This document shows, piece by piece, positions 28,138 to 40,100 of a stretch of 64,000 bases of DNA (positions are counted from its first letter, which is position 1; every line of letters begins with the position of its first letter). The notes below the pieces were generated by a model. It saw nothing but the letters and a program-made list of their open reading frames with translations. It did not search any database and was not told where the DNA came from. Origin of the DNA: Amphiscolops sp. MND2022 (lineage: Eukaryota); assembly GCA_964187785.1 (NCBI GenBank), contig OZ076409.1, forward strand, positions 2,108,001 through 2,172,000, read 5' to 3'. The translations under genes were made by a program, and so were the position numbers.

Positions 28138-31100
28138 AGGGACAAAGGAGCGTTGATAGATAGAGGAGTGAAGATAGAGAAAGAAGGAGATTTCTAAACC
28201 TGGATAAAGAGACTTTCTCAATTTGATTACGATGGTTGAAATCTTCGAAGGTTCGAAGCAACTGCAAGTTTAAAAGATAAATGTTCAGAAAGGCCTTCAC
28301 TCTTATTGTTGGAAAAATAGTCATGACTCTGCTCTGACTCTTCATTATTTGTATTGGTTCTAATAAACACCAATTCAATTTTAGTCTCCAATTGAATCTA
28401 GTAGTATGAAAAAAAGTTAACACGAACCACTTTTTGCTGTTTTATTTTACCTCGAAAATGACTGGGAAAGTCAAACCATACGGTCGGTTTGAGTTCAAAT
28501 TTTTCTTCGTTGTCACTCTGCTTCATTTCATCGTCCGAAACAACAAATTTCTTTTCATCCAGAAATAAAGTTGAATTATCCAAAGTAATTGGTACAATGG
28601 TTTTCGGTGAAGAATGAGGTATCTTGTAATGCCCGAATGCTAACGTTTCATTTCCCTCTGCAATGTAACGGGGGGATTTACATTGAGTTACATTAACTTA
28701 AGTAGTTAAGATTTCAGCCGGCCTTTCAACGGGGGGGGTCCTCGGTTTTCACGGGGTGGGTCCTTGCTCTGAAATTTTAGGACCTATCCCTAAAAGGAAG
28801 GGGTCCTTCCAAATTGGTGTTCGGAATTGATTCGGCTTTTGACTGCGAAAGTAAATTATTGGTCGGATTCTTTTTGTATTCGTTTTTTGGATTCTTTTTG
28901 TATTCGTTTTTTGGAATCGGATTTTTGCGAAAGTACATGTAAAAGCGTAGACACTCTTGTTTATTCTTTGAATGCCTGAAAGTTTGGAAAGTACTAACCT
29001 TGAAATTTTGTTGTAATTGAATTGTAAAGCTGGATTGACTAATACTGGTACAACTTTCTTGTAAATAAAGGGAGTGGTATTTCCAACTTTCTTATCTGTA
29101 TGAACACTTAATATTATTAGGAATAGTAATATGCGTTCCTCCAAATGTAGTGGTAGCGGTGTTCTTATTTCTACCTGTAAATTATCTTAACTTCCCAACA
29201 AATTCGTTTTGAATCTACATGTTGTTGCTAACCCCTGACCTACCCAAGTTAAATTTAATATAACTGTAAACCACCATTCTTCGTTTCAACTCTTGTTTGA
29301 AAACAAAATGAATTTCACAAATTCAAGCTTTATTATGCTGTTAACGTTATACAAAGTAAAATTAGTGAATGATATTACTGTAATTCATTATCAATATAAA
29401 ATTTGACTTTTTTCTGAGGAGGGGGACCACGGGTGGGAACTTCCACTGCTTCACAGTCTAAAAATACATTTGGCTGGGTATTGGGTAAGTCTTCTTCGAA
29501 ATCAGACAACTCTGTTAGGTCAATAACGTCTGGTAATTCACTTTCTTCTATTGCATCTTGATTAAGTCCAGGGTCGGGTGGGGAAAATAAAGCTGGTTGG
29601 TTGGAGTTTGACTGTATCGGTGACTGAATAAAGTCCTCCTCCTCCTCGTCCCCCCAATCGCAATCCGCCCCAATTTCTCTGAATATTACGTCGTCTCGCA
29701 AAGAATAATGTCCAAAAGGTAAGGTATCAACGCCGTTTGGCATTATATATCTTTTATCGTCAAAACAGCTGAGAGAAATTTTTGTTGTCTGCAAGGTAAA
29801 CAGATTATGTCTTTCACTATTTATTGTGTAGTTTAATGTTCTAAGTAGTGTTTCTTTTTCGAGAATTCGATAAAATACAGAGTGTTGTAGGTTCTTTTGT
29901 GCATGTTTGGTGGTTCCTTTGGCAGAAATTTTTTGTTGATCACCCATCGCGATTGAATACAATTTTGATTTTAGTGCAACAATGCTGTGTATGATTTTAC
30001 CACCAACTTCGTCTTTGAATTTCAAAGTTTCCAACTTTTGATGTTTGGAATATAGTTGATTATCTTCTTTATAGTTTGAAAAGTCAAACTCTGGGTGCAC
30101 TTGTTCGTTTTCTTTGAGGTCAGCGTATATGTCTTCCGATTCGATTTCATAAATTAGGGAATCTGTATCGGAGTAGAGCACTAATGTTCGGAAGTTTGGT
30201 TTCATGTACATGTAATGAAACCAGTACATATGTCGTTTAGATAAATCCAAGATGGTAGCGCCGACTATCGTTGGCTTGTCCCAGTAAATTTTGCGCTGTG
30301 CAAACGTTATGGCAGCCAACTGGTTGTTGAAAATCTTGAATGTTTTCATCCACATTTTGCTTGTTTGCTTTTGCAACTCATCTTGCGTGCGGACAATCTC
30401 AATGGACAATCGTTTTCTTTTACTTTCCATGGTTTTACGTGAAGCAGCGTCTAACTGGGATATAGAAAGTCTTCATCGTTGTGACCTACCAATGCTACCT
30501 ATACAAATCAAACGCATCCTGTGTAGAGACGACTGCGCAATGGTTCCATTAACGGAGAATCAAATGGGTTTCTTCAGGGAGGTTGATTCACTTGAAGATT
30601 TTTGGGGAGTTGAACATGATCCTGCATCTCCATCACCACAAGTCTCCCCAGAAGTTCTGGTCTGCACAACAGAAGACGAAGAGACGAAAGATGGTGATGA
30701 TCTAACAGTGAGTCCTCAAATTGTGACGCCTGATAGCACTCGAACTGCAGCGTTGGAGCCACCACCAGTGAAGAAGGCAAAACAGCAGGAAAAGAAACTT
30801 TTGAAGCGATTCTAACCAATCTAACAAATACTGTCAAAAGCTTACTAACCAATCTAACCAAATACTGTCAAAAGCTTACGTCGAAATTTGAAGACATTTT
30901 ATGCAGAGTTCTGTTTAAAGTAGCCTAGGAAATCGTTTTTGAGAGTTGAGTTTGCGAAAAATTTACAAGACTTTTCCACAGGAGTAAATTTCAAAAGTCG
31001 CGTAGTTTACGAGATTTTGAACATTTTTTAAACTCAATTTTTGATCATTTTCGGTCAAAAAAACAAACATTTCTCAACATTGAAAAAAGTTTCGGAGCCA

Positions 31101-34100
31101 AAATTTGGCACAAAACTAGAAAAGAGGACGCTGAAAACGCTGGTGAAAACCGCAGGGCGCTAGCTTTACCGAGTGTTGAGATTTTGACCAAAAAATGCAA
31201 TTTTTAAAAATGCCATTTTTTGACAAAAAATGTCAATTTTCTCAAAAACTGTTGGTCGGATCGGTCTGAAAATTTGCAGGTAGGTGCGCAAGACGATTTC
31301 GAAAAAATGAAATTTGAAAAAGGGGGGTGCATGGAAATTTCGATTTTTTTGAAAAATGGAAAAATTCACTTTGCACTCCTCTATTATAGGCGAAATTTGA
31401 TTGTTCAAGCAGTCAAAGTTGTTTAGAAACCAAATTTGAGAGTTGAGTTTGCGAAAAATTTACAAGACTTTTCCACAGGAGTAAATTTCAAAAGTCGCGT
31501 AGTTTACGAGATTTTGAACATTTTTTAAACTCAATTTTTGATCATTTTTGGTCAAAAAAACAAACATTTCTCAACATTGAAAAAAGTTTCGGAGCCAAAA
31601 TTTGGCACACAACTAGAAAAGAGGACGCTGAAAACGCTGGTGAAAACCGCAGAGCGCTAGCTTTACCGAGTGTTGAGATTTTGACCAAAAAATGCATTTT
31701 TTCAAAATGCCATTTTTTGACAAAAAATGTCAATTTTCTCAAAAACTGTTGGTCGGATCGGTCTGAAAATTTGCAGGTAGGTGCGCAAGACGATTTTGAA
31801 AAAATGAAATTCGAAAAAGGGGGTGCATGGAAAATTTGACCTTCTTGCAAAAATGAAAAAAATTCCCGTTCCTCCCCCCTATAATGCCCAGCAGTCAATA
31901 TACGGAGACAAAAAAAAAGTTAGTCGAATATGCATACAATTTTCCTGGAAAAAACATGGCGCCTGGAATACCGTAAAAGGTGGTCGAATCAAAATTTAAA
32001 GAAATCCAGTCTCTCGGGATACCATAATTGGTTATCGCCTTGTTAAAAGTCGAACATGCAAACAATTTTCTTGGTAAAAATGGCACCTGGGATACCATAA
32101 ATAGTGATCGAATCAGAATTCAAAGAATTCAGTCGCTCGGGATACCATAAATGGTAATCACCTCCTTAATTGATCGGAGCGAAGTGCAAAAACATTTTCT
32201 CAATCTCAACATTGAGGAACACTCGACTTTCCAAAATGGGTGTGGAGTGTGATCTTTGTCTAAAAACATATAGTTCTTTGAGAAATTTGCGTCGGCACAA
32301 GCAAAATATACACAACACACAACCCAAAGTTCAACCTTTTGCTTGCTCCGATTGTGATTTTCAAAACACTTCTCTGGTTACGATGAAACAACATTTTTTA
32401 CAAAAACATGGACATATAATAGTAAATCATTGCCTTTATTGCAACATAGTTTACGGTGAAGCTATGAAATACTCGAATCATCTTGAGCATGATCATGGTT
32501 TACCAACAATATTTACACCCCGCGAAAATGACAACATCGAAAGAATGACCGGTTATCAACAGGTGGAAAAAGCCTTTTGGGGATCATTGGAAACGTATCA
32601 ACTCAAGCGAAGGATCACATCAATTGATTTATTCGAACTACTTTGTAAGGAAAAAAATCAAATACAAAACCTTATTAGAGAAAAATGTCGCAATGGACCC
32701 AAGAAATTTCAATTAACAACTGAATTGAAGTTAGTTAAACCGAAAGTTGATGATGACTCTCAAGAGACAATCACAATTTATACCAACACAAAGTTGCAAC
32801 CAGTTTACTTTTATGGGATCACAGACAACGACTATTATCAATTGATAGAACAACTTACTTCAGCTTTATTTACTTTTGCATCCCAAGGAAGTGGGTGGAT
32901 TTTGTCCGAAATTAAAAACCTTTTTGTTAAATTTACATCCTATTCTCCCATTCGGGGTAGCTCTTACATCGCACTTCCAAATAAACTTCAAGGTTGTAGG
33001 TCACTACTCAATATTCGGAACATTGAAGATGAGAATTGCTTTATATATTGTTATACGGCCGCTTACCACTTGCACACAGACATACCATTGGTTGAAACAA
33101 GTTCGTGGCGCTGCAAAACAAACCCAGGCACTTATAATCCTACATATAATCCTCTGGCAAAAAAGCATGCAGGCAACTTTCGGATGCCAATGCCGTTTCA
33201 TGAACTTGAACGATTCGAAAAACTCAACAAAGTCCAAGTCAATGTGTTTATATTGGAGAAGAAAGATTTGTTACCTCTCAGAGTCTCTAAATTCCCCAGT
33301 GACTTTATCATGGATCTTTTATTGTTGTCAGAAGGAGGTTCTCATCACTACGTACTGATTACTGATTTGAAACATTTTGTAAACTTTTTGAAAAATAAAC
33401 AAAGTAGATCGAGGGATGAAATTTGCAGAAACTGTTTTCATATTTGTAATTCAATCGGGAGTTTCGAAAGACACAAGCTCAACTGTTACGAAAACGAGGC
33501 CGCGGCGATCATATTACCCGATGAGCATAAAAACATACATCAATTCAAAAATACAAGAGCAGTTTGGTTTGTTCCACTGGTTATTTACCTTGATACTGAA
33601 GCGCTCCTAGTACCTTTATCTACATGCGCTCCTTCACCCAGTATTAGCAGTCAAGTAAAGTTGGAAAAACATGTGCCTTGTGGTTATGCTTTTGTAATTG
33701 TAGAACATGGAAATGATAAAGTTTTGTCTTACAGAATCATGCGAGGTCCCGATTGCTTGGACGATTTAATAAAAGAATTGGAAAAATTGGCAACAGACAT
33801 TTATCATAGAAAACAAAGTCACCGAATTTACAAGGGCAAGCCTTCAACGCACAAAGACACTGTAAATGATTGTTGGATTTGTAAAAAACCTTTCACGAAT
33901 GACGAGCAGAAAGTGTTGGACCATTGTCATTACAGTGGTACATTCCTAGGGTGGGCACATTCAGAATGTAATCTACAAAGGAAGTCAATAAACTTCACCC
34001 CCGTGATAGCACACAACATGGCTGGATATGATATACACCACATTTGTTCGGCAATCAACAATTGTAATCCAAAGAACAAGTTTTCAGTTATTCCTACAAC

Positions 34101-37100
34101 TGACGAAAAGTACATTTCCTTCACATTTTCTGTGTGGGTAAACTCATATACTGACAAGAATGGAATGACAAAAAATGTATATGAAGACATGCGATTCTTG
34201 GACTCTTTCAAGTTCATGCCCCAGTCACTAGATAAACTGGCGGGTTTCTTACCACAGGATAAATTCATTTATCTGGAGAGTCAATTCAATACATACAAAA
34301 CACCGTCGCAAATTGACTTGCTGAAAAGGAAAGGTGTTTATCCCTATTCATACATGGACAGTTTCGATAAATTTGCCGAGGAAAAGCTTCCCCCAAAAGA
34401 GTTTTGGAAAAACACTCTCGCAGGGGGTGAAGTCACAATTAGTGATCAGGATTTACAACATGCTAGTCTTGTATACCAAGAGTTTGATTGCAAAACACTA
34501 GGTCACTATCACGATTTATATTTACACACCGATGTTTTGATTTTGGCCTCGGTATTCGAAGAGTTTAGAAAAGTGTGTTATGCAACTTACGGACTGGATT
34601 GTGCTCATTTTTATACTGCGTCAAATTTGTCCGGTGAAGCCTTCCTTAAAGTGTGCAACGCAGATATCGAATTACTAACTAATCGAGAACACCTTGAAGT
34701 TGCTGAAAACCTAATCCGCGGAGGAATTTCTTCCGTGTTTGCAAAACGCAAATTTGAAGCAAATAACAAATATCTACCAACATACAACTCTTCACAGAAG
34801 CAAACATTTGGGCTGTTTATTGATGCAAACAACTTGTATGGAGGAATCATGGAAAAGTTCCCCTTGCCTTTAAAAAACTTTGTATTGAAAAGAGAAGGCG
34901 AAGTTGACCTACAAGAAATACTAAATACTCCAAATGACTCACCAGTTGGATATGTATTGGAAGTTGACTTGCATTATCCTGATCATTTGCACGATTTACA
35001 CACTGATTTCCCTTTGGCTCCTACGAAGGAAACAATTAATTTTTTTTGGCTCGGTGAATATCAAACACGATTGCTGGAAATGAGTGGAACAAAGACCTTT
35101 TCAACAAAAAACAAAAAGTTGATCCAAACACTCTACGACAAAACCAATTATACTATACATTACATGACATTGAAATTATACTGTGAACTGGGGTTACAAG
35201 TTACCAAAGTACATAGAGTGTTGCAATTTGAACAGTCAAAATGGCTCCAGCCATATATACAGTTAAACACAATGAAACGAAAAGCGTCTACAAACAAGTT
35301 TGAAGAAAACTTTTTCAAACTAATGAGCAACTCTGCTTTTGGTAAAACCATGGAAAGTAAAAGAAAACGATTGTCCATTGAGATTGTCCGCACGCAAGAT
35401 GAGTTGCAAAAGCAAACAAGCAAAATGTGGATGAAAACATTCAAGATTTTCAACAACCAGTTGGCTGCCATAACGTTTGCACAGCGCAAAATTTACTGGG
35501 ACAAGCCAACGATAGTCGGCGCTACCATCTTGGATTTATCTAAACGACATATGTACTGGTTTCATTACATGTACATGAAACCAAACTTCCGAACATTAGT
35601 GCTCTACTCCGATACAGATTCCCTAATTTATGAAATCGAATCGGAAGACATATACGCTGACCTCAAAGAAAACGAACAAGTGCACCCAGAGTTTGACTTT
35701 TCAAACTATAAAGAAGATAATCAACTATATTCCAAACATCAAAAGTTGGAAACTTTGAAATTCAAAGACGAAGTTGGTGGTAAAATCATACACAGCATTG
35801 TTGCACTAAAATCAAAATTGTATTCAATCGCGATGGGTGATCAACAAAAAATTTCTGCCAAAGGAACCACCAAACATGCACAAAAGAACCTACAACACTC
35901 TGTATTTTATCGAATTCTCGAAAAAGAAACACTACTTAGAACATTAAACTACACAATAAATAGTGAAAGACATAATCTGTTTACCTTGCAGACAACAAAA
36001 ATTTCTCTCAGCTGTTTTGACGATAAAAGATATATAATGCCAAACGGCGTTGATACCTTACCTTTTGGACATTATTCTTTGCGAGACGACGTAATATTCA
36101 GAGAAATTGGGGCGGATTGCGATTGGGGGGACGAGGAGGAGGAGGACTTTATTCAGTCACCGATACAGTCAAACTCCAACCAACCAGCTTTATTTTCCCC
36201 ACCCGACCCTGGACTTGATCAAGATGCAATAGAAGAAAGTGAATTACCAGACGTTATTGACCTAACAGAGTTGTCTGATTTCGAAGAAGACTTACCCAAT
36301 ACCCAGCCAAATGTATTTTTAGACTGTGAAGCAGTGGAAGTTCCCACCCGTGGTCCCCCTCCTCAGAAAAAAGTCAAATTTTATATTGATAATGAATTAC
36401 AGTAATATCATTCACTAATTTTACTTTGTATAACGTTAACAGCATAATAAAGCTTGAATTTGTGAAATTCATTTTGTTTTCAAACAAGAGTTGAAACGAA
36501 GAATGGTGGTTTACAGTTATATTAAATTTAACTTGGGTAGGTCAGGGGTTAGCAACAACATGTAGATTCAAAACGAATTTGTTGGGAAGTTAAGATAATT
36601 TACAGGTAGAAATAAGAACACCGCTACCACTACATTTGGAGGAACGCATATTACTATTCCTAATAATATTAAGTGTTCATACAGATAAGAAAGTTGGAAA
36701 TACCACTCCCTTTATTTACAAGAAAGTTGTACCAGTATTAGTCAATCCAGCTTTACAATTCAATTACAACAAAATTTCAAGGTTAGTACTTTCCAAACTT
36801 TCAGGCATTCAAAGAATAAACAAGAGTGTCTACGCTTTTACATGTACTTTCGCAAAAATCCGATTCCAAAAACGAATACAAAAAGAATCCAAAAAACGAA
36901 TACAAAAAGAATCCGACCAATAATTTACTTTCGCAGTCAAAAGCCGAATCAATTCCGAACACCAATTTGGAAGGACCCCTTCCTTTTAGGGATAGGTCCT
37001 AAAATTTCAGAGCAAGGACCCACCCCGTGAAAACCGAGGACCCCCCCCCCGTTGAAAGGCCGGCTGAAATCTTTACTACTAACGTGAAAGACCGTTACAG

Positions 37101-40100
37101 CAGCAATTTTATACGTTATTTCGCTTAAAGCACTTAAACCCAGGCCTGTTGAATTAATAGTTAAATAAATATATCACAACTGAAAATCAACGAAACATAC
37201 AAGTTATGTTTAAAATTTGGTGTATTTCTGAAAAACACATTTTCTACGTATTGTTCAATCAATACACATTTCTCAAGATGTGCATGGTTTGTTTCATCAA
37301 TTTTTTCACTACAAAACTTTCACGAGGTCCCGAGAAAAACTACTAGGTGTACCAAAAAACGGAACGCATAAAAATACTTCAGCTCTCAAAGTTTCAAATA
37401 TTTGTCAACAAATGTTTCAGAACAACTCTCAATTTTGCAATTCAGCTTGTCAGTCATCCAGCAAATAAGACAAGCTATGGATCAGAAACAAAGCCCCTAT
37501 CGCATTTTCCTAGACCTCAAAAAAGCTTTCGATACATTAGACCATGAGATTTTGCTGTCCAAATTAGAGTCTTTCGGTTTCCGCGGCAGAGTGCTAACGT
37601 TGTTGAAATCCTATCTAAACAATAGGAAACCATTTCTCTGAATGGATAGCTACAGATCATCTTGCCAGCCAGTGAAATGCGGTGTACCTCAAGGGTCTGT
37701 ACTCGGACCTTTATCGTTTCTGTTGTATATCAACGATCTTCCACGACATGCCAAGGCTTGTATTACTTTTGCCGACAATACGAAAATCTTTTACACTGAG
37801 AGCACCAGTTTGCAATAGTTGGCTGACATACTTGACAAGGTTGATGAATGGATACGAAGTAATAAACGGAAATGTAACCTCGATAAATCAACAGCTGTCT
37901 GCTTCGGCAAAAATACAGTGAACCATCAGATGGAAGATTTCAGATTAAACATCAAACATAAAGTATTTGGGTGTCATCATTGATGAGACACTTTCTTTCA
38001 AAGATCATATTTCGAAAGTGAAAATCAAAACTGCTATTTTGCGATTACAGTCTGGTGCACACGCCAACTGCTAATCAGCGATCAACTAATAATATACTAA
38101 ACGCTTCATGTCAAACCAATTACCCAATATGGGGTCCTCCTAATTGGTTGTACTCCCTATTCGGCACTGCAACCAATCATGGTTCTACAGAGGAGGCTCA
38201 TCAGAAGTATTTTCAAACTTCCGAAGTTTGCATCGGTGAAAGACTTATGATTGAGTACGAATTATCTTCGGTATATGAGCTCCATATTCATGAGCTTTTG
38301 AAGTTTTACTAGATTGCACACGAGAAGATCACTTGGTGGTAGCAGTAAACGATGTAATTAGGCAAATACAGGAACGAAGGTACAATTTCGGTCATGCGAA
38401 TCAGAAGGCTACTGTGCCTGTATCGCGCAATAAAAGTTTTGAACACTGCCTCTCGAAACGAATCCCGGCTTTGTTCAATGTGCTGCTCTCCTGGAGGGCA
38501 CTGCCTGATCTACAGTACATCTCCAAGCTCGATGCTGAAAAGCGCAATGCTCTATGTCATGACTTCTACAAGTGCTCCATAGGAAACGAGCAATTGATCC
38601 GTGTAGTGTTTGGTCTGGACTCATTCTGAAAGATATGATTTTTCAGTTTACCTGATGAAAAAATCCCGCGTTAGAGCTCGGAGGAGTCTACATTTATGCT
38701 CACCGTGAGCAGTGAAGACTCCTGGGCCAATAAAGTCGGGCATCAGGTGTGCAGAAGCGCTAAAACTATATCAACAAGGGTGTGAGATACGAGTTTTCAG
38801 TCATTTTATGCTTTCTTTCAGTACCCTAAACTTGTGGCTAACCGTTGACAACTTCAATTTGTGGAGCTAGTATTGGCAAAGCTATCAAGCCTACAGTGCT
38901 ATTCCCAAAAGTCAACAAAATATATTTTCAAGTTTTTTTTGGAAAGCTGGTTCTAGTTCTCTGTATTGAAATGTTCTATTTCTCTGAACTCTCTTTTTTG
39001 TGATTTGATTTTTGACTGCGAGAATGATGAGCTAGCAACCTGCTCTATGGAAAGCCTCCTACAAGCGGCTTTCTATTCTATTTGTATTCGTAATATGTAT
39101 GACCAAATGAATTAAATTATCATTATTATTATACTTTAACACCTTTTTTCCGAAGCCAAGAAACTTTCACACATCAAAAATGTGAACGTAATGACTGGTA
39201 AAAAAATCTAGCCTTTTCTGAAAGTTCGGATTATTCTTTGATAAATATTTGACTACGTAATGAGAGGATGATTGACAGAGAAAGTGAAAGATTATCAGTG
39301 CCTTGTTTACAAATATTATGATTTTGAAGAGTGAATATTTTGTGCATTTCGTTTTTTTTTTGTTTTACCTAGTAATCTTTGTAGGGTCTAAAACTTGTAA
39401 CAAAAAGCACCGACAAAAAGTAGGTTTGTTTCTATTTGAGGTCAAATTGTGCCGATGAGCTGATGAAAACTGACCTCATTGGACAGGGCACTGAGCTGGC
39501 CCCGTAATCGGGCATTGACCTCTGCCAGTCGATCTAGTTCGTCCATCCAGGCATTCTCGTCATGCAACGCCACACAGAAGAAAGCAGTCGAAGATGATGA
39601 TGTTGATGATGATGGTGATAACGAAGTTGAATTGTCCTCCACATCTTGAAAAGAAAAAACAAGTCGGCGTCATATCTAAGGCTCAAAAAAACTCGAAAAC
39701 GAAAAACACTTTTTCTACAACTGGACACAACAAAAGCTTTCAAAAAACTAAAAATTGAGTTAAAAATTTCCGAATTTTTTTCGGAATTTTTTTGAAGTTT
39801 CCGGTAAGTCGCATAGTGCCGAAAAATGTAAAAGCGGGGACGCTTTGGGATTTTTTGAACATCCATTCTGTTGCAAAATATCAAAAATTGATGGGAGGAA
39901 CAATAAATTCGGAAAAAATCAGTCTCACAGTGCCGAAAAAAGGAGGAAAGTCTCATAGTGTCGAAAAAAGTGGACCCTTCTGCTTTGGAATGGCTTTTTA
40001 TCTCATGTTAGAGGCTTTGGATGCGTTGAAAATGTACTATGTACATATGGTAAAAGTTTGTAAATGTGCATTAATGCACAAAAAGTGGACGTTACGCGTT

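Larger units (their letters stand above)
22361..37080 (+). mobile_element. Maverick/Polinton-type element, rearranged, pPolB-only
   Basis: AGTAGT and ACTACT termini, ~440-bp TIRs, 6-bp TSD AACGTG at 22355-22360 and 37081-37086, intact pPolB. Confidence 0.9.

Noticed and set aside
27893..28423. SL-repeat ORFs
   Set aside because: Translation of the (GA)n microsatellite.
28695..28700. Separate TSD for the inner 8.4-kb unit
   Set aside because: AACTTA versus AACGTG matches only 4 of 6, while the outer left flank matches 6 of 6.
28749..29144. ORF within the terminal repeat (also 36636-36923)
   Set aside because: TTG start, and the frame differs between the near-identical arms and is broken in the outer TIR.
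30291..30438. N-terminus of the 174-aa ORF
   Set aside because: It is the antisense strand of the duplicated pPolB, so the ORF is a junction chimera.
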